A stretch of 64,000 bases of DNA. Source: an uncultured Bacillota bacterium (lineage in GTDB: Bacteria > Bacillota_I > Bacilli_A > RF39 > UBA660). The stretch covers positions 14,288 through 78,287 of the forward strand of contig CAMUZJ010000001.1 of the NCBI GenBank assembly GCA_947165195.1. Direction: 5' to 3'. Shown piece by piece: positions 1-10,626 of this stretch. The position numbers and the translations under genes were made by a program. Below the pieces are notes generated by a model. The model ran no database searches. It was not told the DNA's origin and worked only from the letters and a program-made list of their open reading frames with translations. How positions within the stretch are numbered: position 1 is the first letter of the stretch; each line of letters begins with the position of its first letter.

Positions 1-555
1 AGTTTCTATTTCTATATATCCTTTATTTTCTAAATAATTTCTTAATTCTCTAATAAACTTACTTCTAAATAAAAATTTCTTTTTACTATCATCATTCATA
101 ATTAAATCTAAATATCTTTCACGATAAATAGTTTCTATATCTTCGATTCCATGAAATTTTTCTGGTAATGGTTTTAAAGCTTTTCCTAAAAAAGTTATTT
201 CACTGGCCCTTATTGTTTTTTCTCCTGTATGCGTTGTAAAAACTTCTCCTTCCACACCAATAAAATCCCCTAAATCATAATTAGATTTAAATTCTTGATA
301 TTTTTCTTCACCAATCATATCAACTTTAACAGATACTTGAATTTTTCCTTTTATATCACCTATTGTTAAAAAACTCATTTTACCCATTTTACGCATTAAT
401 ACAATTCTTCCAGCAACTCTAACTCCAGTTACCCCATCATCTAACTGACTAGCATCACATATTTCATAATTTGTCTCATATCTTTCTGGATAAGGATTTG
501 ATATTTCCTTTAATTTTTCTCTTCTCACTACTTCTTGTTCACTTAATTCTCTCAT
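1..555 (-). CDS. lysS: Lysyl-tRNA synthetase, N-terminal part; the gene continues past the window start
   Basis: Reverse-complement translation from the ATG at 555 reads MRELSEQEVVRREKLKEISNPYPERYETNYE...VRVAGRIVLMRKMGKMSFLTIGD, a typical LysS anticodon-binding N-terminus. An AGGAGG RBS lies upstream on the minus strand. Confidence 0.8.
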   Translation of the reverse strand, partial: MRELSEQEVVRREKLKEISNPYPERYETNYEICDASQLDDGVTGVRVAGRIVLMRKMGKMSFLTIGDIKGKIQVSVKVDMIGEEKYQEFKSNYDLGDFIGVEGEVFTTHTGEKTIRASEITFLGKALKPLPEKFHGIEDIETIYRERYLDLIMNDDSKKKFLFRSKFIRELRNYLENKGYIEIET

Positions 556-569
556 AAAATTACCTCCTC

Positions 570-1178
570 TTAAATTTTAACAACATCTGTTTTTACAATA
601 CAATCATGCAATCCTCTTGTATTTTTAGAAAACATTATCATAAATACGCTAATTAAAACAAATATAATTTGAATAAATTCTAATGTACCTACTACATAAA
701 AGTAAGTAAAACTTCCAACATTAAAGGACATTAAAGTCACTTCAATCATAGCAATTAATATATTATATATTAATAATTCTCTTAAAATAAGTTGATTCAT
801 TGTTAAGTCACCATTATTAGAAACAACTTTAATTTTAAGAAGTTTTTTGCCAATTGTTTGACCTTTATTATAAAATTGAAAAACAATATAATACATTATA
901 TAAATAAATATTGTGATTAAAGTTGTAGCTCCTTGAACCTTAGACAATTCGTATGATAAGGAAGGGGCTTCCAACATATAAGTTTTCGCATCTATTTCGT
1001 TGGAATAAAATTGTTCAGTTAGCGAATCCATTTCACTACTTATTTTTTGAACATTTTCAACACTATTTGCTGTAAATGGGTACGATAAAATAGTAGATAA
1101 AATAACTACAACAACAAAATCTATAAAATATGCTAATAATCTTTCTATAAATCTAGCTTTTTTCCCTTTATTCTCCAT
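570..1178 (-). CDS. RDD-family integral membrane protein
   Basis: The N-terminal [19 protein letters not shown] motif and multiple TM segments fit the RDD domain architecture. Confidence 0.5.
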   Translation of the reverse strand: MENKGKKARFIERLLAYFIDFVVVVILSTILSYPFTANSVENVQKISSEMDSLTEQFYSNEIDAKTYMLEAPSLSYELSKVQGATTLITIFIYIMYYIVFQFYNKGQTIGKKLLKIKVVSNNGDLTMNQLILRELLIYNILIAMIEVTLMSFNVGSFTYFYVVGTLEFIQIIFVLISVFMIMFSKNTRGLHDCIVKTDVVKI

Positions 1179-2148
1179 TTTTATTCTCCTTAAAATTTAA
1201 TAATATTGTTCTTATTTCTTTAGCTGTTTTACATTCAAATATTTTATTTTTTACCATATTTGCTCCTGGAATTCCTTTAAAATACCAAGGGATATGACTT
1301 CTCATTTCCAAACAGGCTACCTTTTCGTCTTTTAAAGATAATAAATAATCAAAATGCTTCAAACATATATCTATTTTCTCTGATAAAGTAACAGCTGGAT
1401 AAGAAAATCCATCTAAATAAGAAATTGTATTTTTGATAAGCCAAGGGTTACCTAAAACACCTCTACCTATCATAATAGCATCACAACCTGTAAAATCCAA
1501 CATTTTCTTAGCATCTTCAGGTGTCTTAATATCACCATTTCCTATTACCGGTATATGAACTGCTTCTTTTACTTGTTTTATAATATTCCAATCTGCATTT
1601 CCACTATACCCTTGACTTCTTGTTCTAGGATGAACACAAATAGCACTAGCACCTGCTCTTTCTATTACTTTAGCAACTTCTACAGCATTAATATGTGCAC
1701 TATCCCATCCACTTCTTATTTTAACAGTAACAGGAATAGGAACAGACTCAACAACAGCCTTAACAATATCATATATTTTATCAGGTGATTTTAACAAATA
1801 AGAACCCGCTTGAGCTCTAACAGCTACTTTAGGAACAGGACATCCCATATTAATATCTATAATATCTGGATGCATATTTTCATATATATACTTAGCAGCA
1901 GCTACAAAAGAAGACTTATCACTACCAAATATCTGTTGGCTAATGGGTCTCTCATCTTCTGTCATATATAACATATCTATGGTCTTTTTATTGTTATAGA
2001 AAATAGCTTTATCACTTACCATTTCCGCATAGACTAAGCCACAGCCCATTTCCTTACAGATTCTTCTATAAGCAGAATTACATATTCCTGCCATTGGTGC
2101 TAAAACAACTTGATTTTTTATCTTAATATTTCCTATATTCCATTCCAT
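1168..2148 (-). CDS. dusB: tRNA-dihydrouridine synthase B
   Basis: The [35 protein letters not shown]-binding TIM-barrel N-terminus and catalytic Cys region are present. Synteny with lysS matches Bacillus (yacF-lysS). Confidence 0.85.
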   Translation of the reverse strand: MEWNIGNIKIKNQVVLAPMAGICNSAYRRICKEMGCGLVYAEMVSDKAIFYNNKKTIDMLYMTEDERPISQQIFGSDKSSFVAAAKYIYENMHPDIIDINMGCPVPKVAVRAQAGSYLLKSPDKIYDIVKAVVESVPIPVTVKIRSGWDSAHINAVEVAKVIERAGASAICVHPRTRSQGYSGNADWNIIKQVKEAVHIPVIGNGDIKTPEDAKKMLDFTGCDAIMIGRGVLGNPWLIKNTISYLDGFSYPAVTLSEKIDICLKHFDYLLSLKDEKVACLEMRSHIPWYFKGIPGANMVKNKIFECKTAKEIRTILLNFKENKNGE

Positions 2149-2164
2149 TTTATAAAATCACCAA

Positions 2165-2611
2165 TTATTTAGAACTATTTTTTTCTTTTAATAAATCTCT
2201 TATTTCCTCTAATAATAAAATATCATCACTCTTTTTAGTTGGAGCTTCTTCTTTTTTCTTTTTACCTAATTCCACAATCCCATTAACCACTTTCAATAAA
2301 ACAAATAATACAAAAGCCATAATGATAAAATTAATTACAGAAGTAATAAAATCACCATATAAAAGCTTTTGTCCACCATATATTTTGATAGAGCCACCAA
2401 TTTCTGCTCCACCTATACCATTAATAAGCGGATTAATAAAATCTTGTGTTAAAGCTGTAACTATACTAGAAAAAGCACTACCAATAATAACTCCGACAGC
2501 CATATCCATTACATTGCCGCGAAGTACAAAAGATTTAAATTCATCAATAAAACCAGTACCTTTATTTTTTAAATTTTTTAAATTTTCTTTATCTACTATT
2601 TTTTTAGCCAT
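2165..2611 (-). CDS. mscL: Large-conductance mechanosensitive channel
   Basis: Near-identical architecture and motifs to B. subtilis MscL: FKSFVLRGNVMDMAVGVIIGSAF and C-terminal EEIRDLLKEKNSSK. Confidence 0.95.
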   Translation of the reverse strand: MAKKIVDKENLKNLKNKGTGFIDEFKSFVLRGNVMDMAVGVIIGSAFSSIVTALTQDFINPLINGIGGAEIGGSIKIYGGQKLLYGDFITSVINFIIMAFVLFVLLKVVNGIVELGKKKKEEAPTKKSDDILLLEEIRDLLKEKNSSK

Positions 2612-2677
2612 ATTAAAACTCCTCCACTGCTTATATTATAATATTTTTTTATACTTTTGCAAGAAAAAAGAACTAAA

Positions 2678-4648
2678 CTATCCGTTTAATTCTTTCAACA
2701 ATTCACTCTTTGACATTTTAGAATAATTCTTAATGTCTTTTTCCTTTGCTATTTCACGTAATTTCGTAATAGACATAGCTTCATAATTTTCATTATCTTC
2801 TTCTGGCATTTTACCATTACTTACAAGATAATCAATTTGTTCTTTGGTTAATGTTTCATATTCCAATAAAGCTTCAGCTATTAATTTTAATAAATCTTTA
2901 TTCTTTTTAATAATTTCTTCTGCTCTTTTATGACAGTCATTAATAATCTTTCTCATTTCCATATCTATTTCATTAGCTACTTCATTTGAGAAATGTTGAG
3001 ACTTATTATAATCTCTACCTAAGAACACGCTACCTTCTTGTTGTTCAAATTGTAAAGGTCCCAAATCACTCATACCATATTCTGTAACCATTGATCTAGC
3101 TATCTTAGTTGCTTTTTCAAAATCGTTATGTGCTCCAGTAGTAATTTCTCCGAAGACAATTTCTTCAGCTGTTCTACCACCTAATAAACCAGTAATTTCT
3201 TCTAATAAATCTGTCTTAGTAGAGCACATTTTTTCTTCACTTGGAACCATCATATTATAACCACCAGCAGTTCCTCTTGGAATGATAGTAACTTTTTGAA
3301 CATCATTAGCATGAGCTAATTTCAATCCTATAACAGCATGACCTGCCTCATGATAAGCAACTAATTTTCTATCACTCTCACTGTACTTATGAGAAGCTTT
3401 AGCAGGACCCATTAAAACTCTATCTGTTGCTTCATCAATTTCACTCATTGTAATAACTTCTTTATTTCTTCTTACTGCAAGTAATGCAGCTTCATTAAGA
3501 AGATTTTCCAAATCAGCACCACTAAATCCTGGTGTTCTCTTTGCTAAATTACTAAGAGTAATACCTTCTGCTAATTTTTTATTTTTAGCATGAACAGCAA
3601 GAATTTCTTCTCTACCTTTTACATCTGGTAGATTAACTGTTACTTGTCTATCAAATCTTCCAGGTCTTAATAAAGCTGGATCTAATACATCTGGTCTATT
3701 AGTAGCAGCAATAATAATAATTCCCTCATTTGCACCAAAACCATCCATCTCTGTAAGTAATTGGTTTAATGTCTGTTCACGTTCATCATGACCTCCACCT
3801 AAACCAGTACCTCTTTGACGACCAACTGCATCTATTTCATCAATAAATATCAAACATGGAGCATTTCTTTTTGCTTGTTGAAACATATCTCTAACACGAC
3901 TTGCTCCAACACCTACAAATAATTCTACAAAATCAGAACCACTTATATAATAGAATGGAACATCAGCTTCTCCAGCAACAGCTTTAGCAAGTAATGTTTT
4001 ACCAGTTCCTGGAGGACCAACTAATAACACTCCTTTAGGTATACGAGCTCCTAAAGATTGAAATTTCTTTGGATTTTTTAAGAAGTCAATCAACTCTTTT
4101 AATTCTTCTTTTTCCTCTTTAACACCTGCTACATCTTCAAAAGTAACTTTGTTGGTATCTGGATTAAGTTTAGCTCTACTTTTTCCAAAGTCTAGTGAGC
4201 TCTTATTACCAGATACTTGACGACTAAATAACCAAAAAGCAATTCCTATAAAAATAACAAATGGTAATACATTTACTAAAATAAGTAAGAATGATGAAGA
4301 CTCTGGATCTGCTTTTACATTCATTTTAAAACTTTGGTCAGCACTAGCTTCTACTATTCTTTTCATAACTTGTTCACTTAATGGTAAACGAGCAAAAAAA
4401 GTCTCATCTGTTTTATACCCCTCTAATGTACCTCTAACTTCATAGGTATATCCACTACCTCTTGTTACAATTTCTAATTCCGTAATCTTTTCCTCTTCTA
4501 AGGAATTCATAAATTCATTATAAGTTAATACATTTACCTTTTTATTCATTACATTAACAAAAAAGAATATACCAACAAATATTAATGCAATAAATAAATA
4601 TGGTAACAAACCTCTTTTTACAGCCTTTTTATCGATATTATTTTTCAC
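2678..4648 (-). CDS. ftsH: ATP-dependent zinc metalloprotease FtsH with a C-terminal Rho_N/SAP-like tail
   Basis: Two N-terminal TM segments, AAA+ Walker A GPPGTGKT, the second region of homology, and the HEAGH zinc motif are present. An extra C-terminal [25 protein letters not shown] motif is appended. Confidence 0.95.
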   Translation of the reverse strand: MKNNIDKKAVKRGLLPYLFIALIFVGIFFFVNVMNKKVNVLTYNEFMNSLEEEKITELEIVTRGSGYTYEVRGTLEGYKTDETFFARLPLSEQVMKRIVEASADQSFKMNVKADPESSSFLLILVNVLPFVIFIGIAFWLFSRQVSGNKSSLDFGKSRAKLNPDTNKVTFEDVAGVKEEKEELKELIDFLKNPKKFQSLGARIPKGVLLVGPPGTGKTLLAKAVAGEADVPFYYISGSDFVELFVGVGASRVRDMFQQAKRNAPCLIFIDEIDAVGRQRGTGLGGGHDEREQTLNQLLTEMDGFGANEGIIIIAATNRPDVLDPALLRPGRFDRQVTVNLPDVKGREEILAVHAKNKKLAEGITLSNLAKRTPGFSGADLENLLNEAALLAVRRNKEVITMSEIDEATDRVLMGPAKASHKYSESDRKLVAYHEAGHAVIGLKLAHANDVQKVTIIPRGTAGGYNMMVPSEEKMCSTKTDLLEEITGLLGGRTAEEIVFGEITTGAHNDFEKATKIARSMVTEYGMSDLGPLQFEQQEGSVFLGRDYNKSQHFSNEVANEIDMEMRKIINDCHKRAEEIIKKNKDLLKLIAEALLEYETLTKEQIDYLVSNGKMPEEDNENYEAMSITKLREIAKEKDIKNYSKMSKSELLKELNG

Positions 4649-4664
4649 TAAAAAATTTCCCTCC

Positions 4665-5978
4665 TTAACTGTATTTAAGTATTATATCATAATTATCATT
4701 CTTTGTTTTGTCAAATATTGATTTTTTTATTCCGGGTATCCAAACAATTTTCCCCTTAGAATCTGTTACAATTGGCCATAAATCTCTATCTCTCTTAGGA
4801 ATTTTACTATCTATAAATATATCTTTTACTTTTTTAGTTCCTTCCATACCTTTTATATGAAATTTATCTCCAAATCTCCTATTTCTTATAATCAATGGTA
4901 AAGTAACTTCACTACTATCTAATCTACAAATAAAATTATTGTTACAATCTATTTCTGGAATTTTTTGTATAAAATGCTTATTAGGTAAAAAAGCAATATT
5001 ATCAAATTCTATTTCAAAATTTGTCAATATCTCTGTTACTCTAGCAATTTCTAATGTATTATAACATTTTCTAGCAACTACATCATTAGGTAAATTTACA
5101 TAACAATTTGCTTTTTTACTATTAATAACACTTAATATCAAATCAATATGTTTATCATTTAAAAGAATCAATTCATCATTATAAAATTCATTCATTAAAT
5201 AATATAAAACTTCTTTTTGCATAAATTTTTCTTCTTTTAAAAATAAATCTATTTGTACTTTATTATTAATAACAACTCTTCCAATTACTTTCTTACGTTC
5301 TTTTTCTATATATTTATTAACTTCATCTAAGGTCTCACTATATTTTAAAAATTTAGTATGAACACCTCTATCTTCTTCTTTTAAAAAAGGTAATACATAT
5401 TTTCTATAACGATTTCTAGTATATTTGTCTTTATCATTTGAACTATCAACATAATATTTAATACCATGTACCATATCATAATTTTTTAACTCTTCTTTAG
5501 TAAATCGTATTAATGGCCTAACTATTTTATAAGTTCCTTTATCAACTATCTCTTTAAAACCACTATATCCCTTTAAATTAGAGCCTCTTACTATTCTCAT
5601 AAGAACAGTTTCTATTAAATCATCTCCATGATGAGCAGTCATTAAGTAATTAGCATTGTATTTATTTACTAATGATTCAAAAAAATTATATCTTATGTTA
5701 TGTGCTTCATTATGAAAATTATCATCTCCGTATGATTCTATAACCATTGTTTCAAATAGTAAATGATTATCTTCACAATATTTTTTCATATACTCAGCTT
5801 CTTCATAACTTTCTTTACGAATATTATGATTAATATGAGCAACAATAAGCGATAAATTATATTTATTTCTTACTCTTAATAACATATCTATTAAAGCCAT
5901 AGAATCAGGACCTGTTGAACAACCTACAACTATAATGTCTCCATTATTAAACTTAAAAAATTTATCAATTTTAATCAT
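4665..5978 (-). CDS. tilS: tRNA(Ile)-lysidine synthetase
   Basis: The N-type ATP pyrophosphatase PP-loop (VVGCSTGPDSMAL) is present. The gene sits immediately upstream of ftsH as in Bacillus (tilS-hprT-ftsH), with hprT absent here. Confidence 0.8.
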   Translation of the reverse strand: MIKIDKFFKFNNGDIIVVGCSTGPDSMALIDMLLRVRNKYNLSLIVAHINHNIRKESYEEAEYMKKYCEDNHLLFETMVIESYGDDNFHNEAHNIRYNFFESLVNKYNANYLMTAHHGDDLIETVLMRIVRGSNLKGYSGFKEIVDKGTYKIVRPLIRFTKEELKNYDMVHGIKYYVDSSNDKDKYTRNRYRKYVLPFLKEEDRGVHTKFLKYSETLDEVNKYIEKERKKVIGRVVINNKVQIDLFLKEEKFMQKEVLYYLMNEFYNDELILLNDKHIDLILSVINSKKANCYVNLPNDVVARKCYNTLEIARVTEILTNFEIEFDNIAFLPNKHFIQKIPEIDCNNNFICRLDSSEVTLPLIIRNRRFGDKFHIKGMEGTKKVKDIFIDSKIPKRDRDLWPIVTDSKGKIVWIPGIKKSIFDKTKNDNYDIILKYS

Positions 5979-6035
5979 AGTACCTCCCTATGCCAAATCT
6001 AGTATAACATAATCCAAAGAAAAAAAGATGAAAAA

Positions 6036-6350
6036 TTACTCATCTTCAGGAATTTTTATAATAAATTCTCCATCTTTAGAATACAAATACTTCTCTCTAG
6101 CATACCTCGCTATATATTCGGTATCTTGAAGCTTTTTAGCATCTAGTTGCAATTCTTTTTCTTTAGCTTGTAAAGATACAAGTTCTTCTTCTAATTCTTT
6201 CTTTTCCTGATACTTATTATATATACTTATCCAATATTTTCCTATTGTTAAACTCATAACTATAATAATAGTAATAGAGGTAAGACCTAATAATAGCATG
6301 CGTCGTTTCTTTTTTTGCTTGTTTTGCCTACACTTAGCCATCTTATCCAC
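6036..6350 (-). CDS. divIC: Septum formation initiator (FtsL/DivIC family) cell-division protein
   Basis: Basic N-terminus, a single TM segment and a coiled-coil ectodomain. Position after yabP-yabQ matches B. subtilis yabP-yabQ-divIC. Confidence 0.6.
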   Translation of the reverse strand: MDKMAKCRQNKQKKKRRMLLLGLTSITIIIVMSLTIGKYWISIYNKYQEKKELEEELVSLQAKEKELQLDAKKLQDTEYIARYAREKYLYSKDGEFIIKIPEDE

Positions 6351-6405
6351 CTACCTTATCAAAATATATTATAAGTTAGAAAATTTCTATAGACAAGAAT
6401 TTATA

Positions 6406-6672
6406 CTACTTTTTTTTCTTGTTGACACAAAAAATACATAATAAAAATCCCAGTAAAAAAAATATAATAATATAGACATGTAAATATAGCCTATTTAATA
6501 GATATAAACAAATAGAAAACAAAGTAAAGAAAAATATATTAAAAATAAAATCAAATATTATTTTAAATTTTTTTCTAATCGTTATTTTATTATAACATTT
6601 AAACAATAATGAATATATGATTCCAAATATAAATGATATTAACATTAAACTGAATTGTATTTTTAATTCCAT
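6406..6672 (-). CDS. yabQ: Spore cortex biosynthesis membrane protein YabQ-like
   Basis: Small polytopic membrane protein whose ORF abuts (shares an end coordinate with) yabP; assigned by conserved synteny. Confidence 0.5.
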   Translation of the reverse strand: MELKIQFSLMLISFIFGIIYSLLFKCYNKITIRKKFKIIFDFIFNIFFFTLFSICLYLLNRLYLHVYIIIFFLLGFLLCIFCVNKKKK

Positions 6673-6965
6673 TATTTAAATAACCTGCTAAATATACTAT
6701 CATCTCTAGAACTTTTATTAGATTCTTCCACATAAGTTATACTATTTACCAATCCTTTAATGGAAACATTTCCTTGTATAGTATCTAATTTCAATAATTC
6801 CAATCCCTCTCCTTTTACTATCATATATCCCATTATTGTTTCTATAATAAATTGCTTTTTATCAAAATTATCAATTTTTTTTACTCCTGAAATAATTAAA
6901 TTTTTTCTTTCTAGTAAATTAATACTATGATTATAACTACTTATAGAATTATCTTGCTTTTCCAT
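6672..6965 (-). CDS. yabP: Sporulation protein YabP
   Basis: About 95 aa with LERKNLIISGVKKIDNFDKKQFIIETIMGYMIVKGEGLEL, typical of the YabP family. Confidence 0.7.
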   Translation of the reverse strand: MEKQDNSISSYNHSINLLERKNLIISGVKKIDNFDKKQFIIETIMGYMIVKGEGLELLKLDTIQGNVSIKGLVNSITYVEESNKSSRDDSIFSRLFK

Positions 6966-7032
6966 ATTTTCCTCCTAATCCATTATATGCAAGTAAATAA
7001 AATATATGTAAAATGTACAAAAAAAAGAACGC

Positions 7033-7317
7033 CTAAGCGTCTTCGTTAGTTTCTTCTATTTCAGGAGCATTCTTATAAGCTTCTAATATAGCATCTTCAA
7101 ACATTGAACGAACCTCTGGATTGATTGGATGAGCAATATCACGATATCCACCTGCAGCAGTCTTACGACTTGGCATTGCGATAAACAAACCGTTGTCTCC
7201 TTCAATTATACGAATATCATGTACAGCAAAACTGTCATCAATAAGAACAGAAGCAATTCCTTTCATACGAGAACCTTCTTTTTCAATTTTACGTACATTA
7301 ACAGATGTTATTTTCAT
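7033..7317 (-). CDS. spoVG: Septation protein SpoVG
   Basis: MKITSVNVRKIEKEGSRMKGIASVLIDDSFAVHDIRIIEGDNGLFIAMPSRK is a near-canonical SpoVG sequence. A hairpin plus U-tract terminator follows the stop at about 7000-7030. Confidence 0.9.
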   Translation of the reverse strand: MKITSVNVRKIEKEGSRMKGIASVLIDDSFAVHDIRIIEGDNGLFIAMPSRKTAAGGYRDIAHPINPEVRSMFEDAILEAYKNAPEIEETNEDA

Positions 7318-7412
7318 GTAAATATCCTCCCTCTAAAGTATAATATACTTTATAAATTAATTTTAATATATTAAATTTGAAAATGCAACAGATTTTACGG
7401 TTGTAGACACTT

Positions 7413-7625
7413 CTACTCTACTATTTCTAAATTATTTGTTAATATATCACTATAAGAAAAAGAACGAACCCCATAATTATCAACCATAATAGTAAAAACG
7501 GCTGAATAAGTCGCATTTACAACTCCTTTAAATTCTTCAATTTGATTTCTTGACCCATTAAATCTAAAAATAAGCTCTTTACCTATTTTTTCTTCTACTT
7601 GCCGCTTTATTTTATTTAACATCAT
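7413..7625 (-). CDS. veg: Veg (biofilm formation stimulator) protein
   Basis: 70 aa; the C-terminal SFSYSDILTNNLEIVE matches B. subtilis Veg SYSYADILTETVEL. Confidence 0.8.
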   Translation of the reverse strand: MMLNKIKRQVEEKIGKELIFRFNGSRNQIEEFKGVVNATYSAVFTIMVDNYGVRSFSYSDILTNNLEIVE

Positions 7626-8473
7626 CTTGGATACCCCACATACATTGTTCCGTTTGTTATAATTCCACCAATCCCTTCACTACCAAATTTTGTTTTATTA
7701 ATCATATTGATTAGATCAATACTTTTATTTTTATCAGAAAAGGCTAATGAAACAGCAATTATTGCTGGATCTAGAGCATGAATATTAATTCTTTTAGGAC
7801 TAGAAGCAAAATTTGCTCCTGCTTTTATTAAATCTTCATAATCAGATTGACATGCTCCTGCAATAATAATTAGTTTATCTTGATTCTTTTCATATTTTCT
7901 TGATTCCTTAACAGCATCAATATAATTATTTGAATTTTGATAAGATAATTTATCCTTATATTTATTTTTAGAATATAAAGCATCATGACCAGTTAAGACT
8001 AAAATATCAGGATGAAATTTTTCTAATAAAGAATAAATTTTTGTTGACATTTCTGGCTCTGGTACATAAATACCATTTGCCTTGACTTTCATTTTATTAT
8101 AAAAATTCATACATCTACTTAAATATTCCTCATCCCCATCTACATGTAAAATAGTTCCTGGAAGATAAAAGTATTCATCTCTATTTAATTCTAAAGAATG
8201 ATAACTATCATCAATAATATCCTCATCATTTATATTTACATTATTAGCAATTACTAAATCATTTAGAAAAGAGTCAGCCATCAAGCGTAGATTTAATCCT
8301 TTTAAATATGCTACGTTATTTTCAATATTTATTATTTTAAAGATAACATCATTTTGATGGGATATTCTAGTTACATAATCACCAATTTTAAAATTCATGG
8401 TTCTCATCTCCATAAAATTATATGCAAAAAAAAAAAGAAGTATTCTAAGAAAGAGCATTGGCAATCTCAACAA
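7622..8473 (-). CDS. yabG: Sporulation-specific protease YabG (peptidase U57)
   Basis: The N-terminal KIGDYVTRISHQNDVIFKIINIEN resembles YabG IGDMVARKSYQMDVLFRIIGIE. Position between ksgA and veg is conserved. Confidence 0.8.
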   Translation of the reverse strand: MLRLPMLFLRILLFFFAYNFMEMRTMNFKIGDYVTRISHQNDVIFKIINIENNVAYLKGLNLRLMADSFLNDLVIANNVNINDEDIIDDSYHSLELNRDEYFYLPGTILHVDGDEEYLSRCMNFYNKMKVKANGIYVPEPEMSTKIYSLLEKFHPDILVLTGHDALYSKNKYKDKLSYQNSNNYIDAVKESRKYEKNQDKLIIIAGACQSDYEDLIKAGANFASSPKRINIHALDPAIIAVSLAFSDKNKSIDLINMINKTKFGSEGIGGIITNGTMYVGYPR

Positions 8474-9278
8474 ACACTTCTACACTTAACTGTTCTGCTC
8501 TAACACTTAAATCAAATCCATTTTCTTTTAAAATACATAAAATTAAATCCAAATCATATCCTTTTAAATTATTCCTTAAGTTTTTTCTTTTGAATTGGAA
8601 ACTATCTCGTATTAACTTCTGAAATATATCAAAATTTTTTAAAGATAACTTATCTTCTTTTTCAGTAAAAGACACAATAACACTATCCACATTTGGTTGT
8701 GGAATAAATTGTTTTCTTGAAACATAAAATTCTTTTTTTACATCATAAAAATAGTTTAATAATACCGTAATAGAGCCATAATCCTTTGTTCCTGGAAAGG
8801 TAGAAAATCTATCTCCTACTTCTTTTTGAACCATCATAACAATTCTTTTAAATTTAATATTAGAATTCATTATCTTCATAAGAATTGGAGTTGTAATATA
8901 ATAAGGAACATTGCTAACAAAATATATATTATCAAAATTATATTTTTGAATATCCTGCTCAATATTAGAATTCAAAAAATCTTGAAAAATAATTTCCACA
9001 TTGTGATAGCCATCTAATCTAGAAAATAATTCATCTTTTAAATCACTATCTATTTCATAAGCTAATACATTAGTAGCAACCTCTGCTAATTCTCGTGTCA
9101 TAATAGCTCCCCCTGGACCTACTTCTATTACAAGAGAATTTTCTTTAATATCAGCTGTTTTTACTATCTTTTTAACAATATTTACATCTTTTAAAAAATT
9201 TTGTCCAAATTTCTTTTTAAAAGTTACAGAATATTTTTCCACAAATATCACCACCAAAAATATATCATAAAATATCAT
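8445..9278 (-). CDS. rsmA: 16S rRNA (adenine1518/1519-N6)-dimethyltransferase
   Basis: KKKFGQNFLKD N-terminal signature and the SAM-binding VIEVGPGGAIMTREL motif are present. The exact start codon is uncertain. Confidence 0.9.
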   Translation of the reverse strand: MIFYDIFLVVIFVEKYSVTFKKKFGQNFLKDVNIVKKIVKTADIKENSLVIEVGPGGAIMTRELAEVATNVLAYEIDSDLKDELFSRLDGYHNVEIIFQDFLNSNIEQDIQKYNFDNIYFVSNVPYYITTPILMKIMNSNIKFKRIVMMVQKEVGDRFSTFPGTKDYGSITVLLNYFYDVKKEFYVSRKQFIPQPNVDSVIVSFTEKEDKLSLKNFDIFQKLIRDSFQFKRKNLRNNLKGYDLDLILCILKENGFDLSVRAEQLSVEVFVEIANALS

Positions 9279-9302
9279 AAAAAAAAAGAACAGTAAAGTC
9301 TT

Positions 9303-9908
9303 TTAATTTTTCAGCTTCAATTTGTCCTTTATATTTTGATAATTCAATAAAATTATTAAAATAATTGGCATTATAATAAATAATAAGAAACCTATAGGTG
9401 TTTTTAAAAATTGTTGAATATACCCAAATTTAGGTAATTTTAATATTACTTTCCCATAAATACTATTTTCCATAACTAAAGATGCATCTTCTAATCGATT
9501 ATTATCTCCTTTTGTTCTATAAACGGTATCGCCATTAGAAAGTAGTTGAGTACCAACAATTCTATGCGTAATAGTTAATCCTTCATATCTTTGATCTAAT
9601 GACTTAAAGGTAATTACATCTCCAACATTTAACTCTTCTTTACTACTTCTTTTCACTAATACCGCATCATTTACCATAATTGTTGGCACCATACTTTGCG
9701 TGATAATAACATACCCACCAAATAAAGGTACAACATTTTCTCCTTTATGCCAATGATATGCACAATCTCCAACAATTGCAAAAATAAATAATATAATAAC
9801 GGATGCTAGCACAGAAAAAGCAATAAATAAAGCTCTTCCAAAAAAGTATAAAAAATATAAAATAGTATCTTTTAATGAATAATTATACTTTAACACTTGC
9901 ACCTGCAT
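9303..9908 (-). CDS. sipW: SipW-type (ER/archaeal-type) signal peptidase I with a C-terminal TM anchor
   Basis: Shares the SMVPT, VGDVITF, ITHRIVG and KGDNN motifs with B. subtilis SipW, with a hydrophobic C-terminal anchor IGFLLFIIMPIILIILL. Confidence 0.8.
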   Translation of the reverse strand: MQVQVLKYNYSLKDTILYFLYFFGRALFIAFSVLASVIILFIFAIVGDCAYHWHKGENVVPLFGGYVIITQSMVPTIMVNDAVLVKRSSKEELNVGDVITFKSLDQRYEGLTITHRIVGTQLLSNGDTVYRTKGDNNRLEDASLVMENSIYGKVILKLPKFGYIQQFLKTPIGFLLFIIMPIILIILLNYQNIKDKLKLKN

Positions 9909-10002
9909 ATTATCACCTATATTAATTATAATAAAAAAAACAAAAAAAATATAGTTATTTACTTATAAAATAAATTTACTTGATATTTACTAGACTTTTA
10001 TA

Positions 10003-10030
10003 TGAAAAAAAAAGCATCTAAGATGCTTTT
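10003..10030 (-). terminator. Rho-independent terminator closing the two-gene secreted-protein unit
   Basis: An AAAGCATC-taa-GATGCTTT stem-loop followed on the minus strand by a long U-tract. The stop codon lies in the loop. Confidence 0.6.
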
Positions 10031-10623
10031 CCATTTAAAACAATTTTATAAGATATAACATCTTGTTCTGTAAGTGAAACTAAATTTTCATCTGAAACCC
10101 ACAATCTTAAACGATAATTATCTGTAGATGATTTAGTCTTTTCTTCAGAATATAAAACCATTGAACCTTTTGGGGTACCTAACTCAGACTTTTTTGTAGA
10201 TAAAGTAACAAATGTAGGATTTAATACAGATGTAAATGTACCACTACTTTGTTTCTCTAAGTAAGCTTTTACATATTTATCATCAACGGTAGAATTTTTA
10301 TCTGGCACAATTGATATTTCGTATGAAATCTTTTGAGCTTCCTCTAATTCTGTAGCAATTGTAAAATCAAAATAGAAATCAGCAATATTATTACTCATTC
10401 CATTAGCATCAGAAAGCAATCCTAAATTAGAAACGGTTAAACCACAAAAATCATCATTATAAGTTAAATAAATACTACCACCATCTACTTTTTCAGTAAC
10501 TATAGTTTTTGGTGCAGTCGTATAAACATACATGGTAACAAAAACACCAACAACTACTAATAAAATAACCATAATAGAACTTATTAATACACCTTTTGAA
10601 CATTTACTTTTTTTATTTTTCAT
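10018..10623 (-). CDS. Secreted or membrane-anchored hypothetical protein, paralog A; possible SipW substrate
   Basis: N-terminal signal anchor (LISSIMVILLVVVGVFVTMYVYT) followed by a beta-rich domain ending in YRLRLWVSDE. It is paralogous to the adjacent ORF and sipW lies immediately downstream. Confidence 0.5.
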   Translation of the reverse strand: MKNKKSKCSKGVLISSIMVILLVVVGVFVTMYVYTTAPKTIVTEKVDGGSIYLTYNDDFCGLTVSNLGLLSDANGMSNNIADFYFDFTIATELEEAQKISYEISIVPDKNSTVDDKYVKAYLEKQSSGTFTSVLNPTFVTLSTKKSELGTPKGSMVLYSEEKTKSSTDNYRLRLWVSDENLVSLTEQDVISYKIVLNGKAS

Positions 10624-10626
10624 ACT

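Noticed and set aside
1555-1788. Plus-strand ORFs antisense to annotated minus-strand genes (1555-1788, 2322-2726, 7129-7374, 8826-9017, 13968-14210, 15377-15637, 24808-25200, 26317-26526, 28554-28787, 30273-30470, 30858-31073, 31356-31568)
   Set aside because: All lie fully inside strongly supported conserved genes (dusB, mscL, spoVG, ksgA, mfd, gyrA, gyrB, comK, dnaN). They have low-complexity, Ile/Phe/Leu/Asn-rich translations typical of shadow ORFs in AT-rich genomes.
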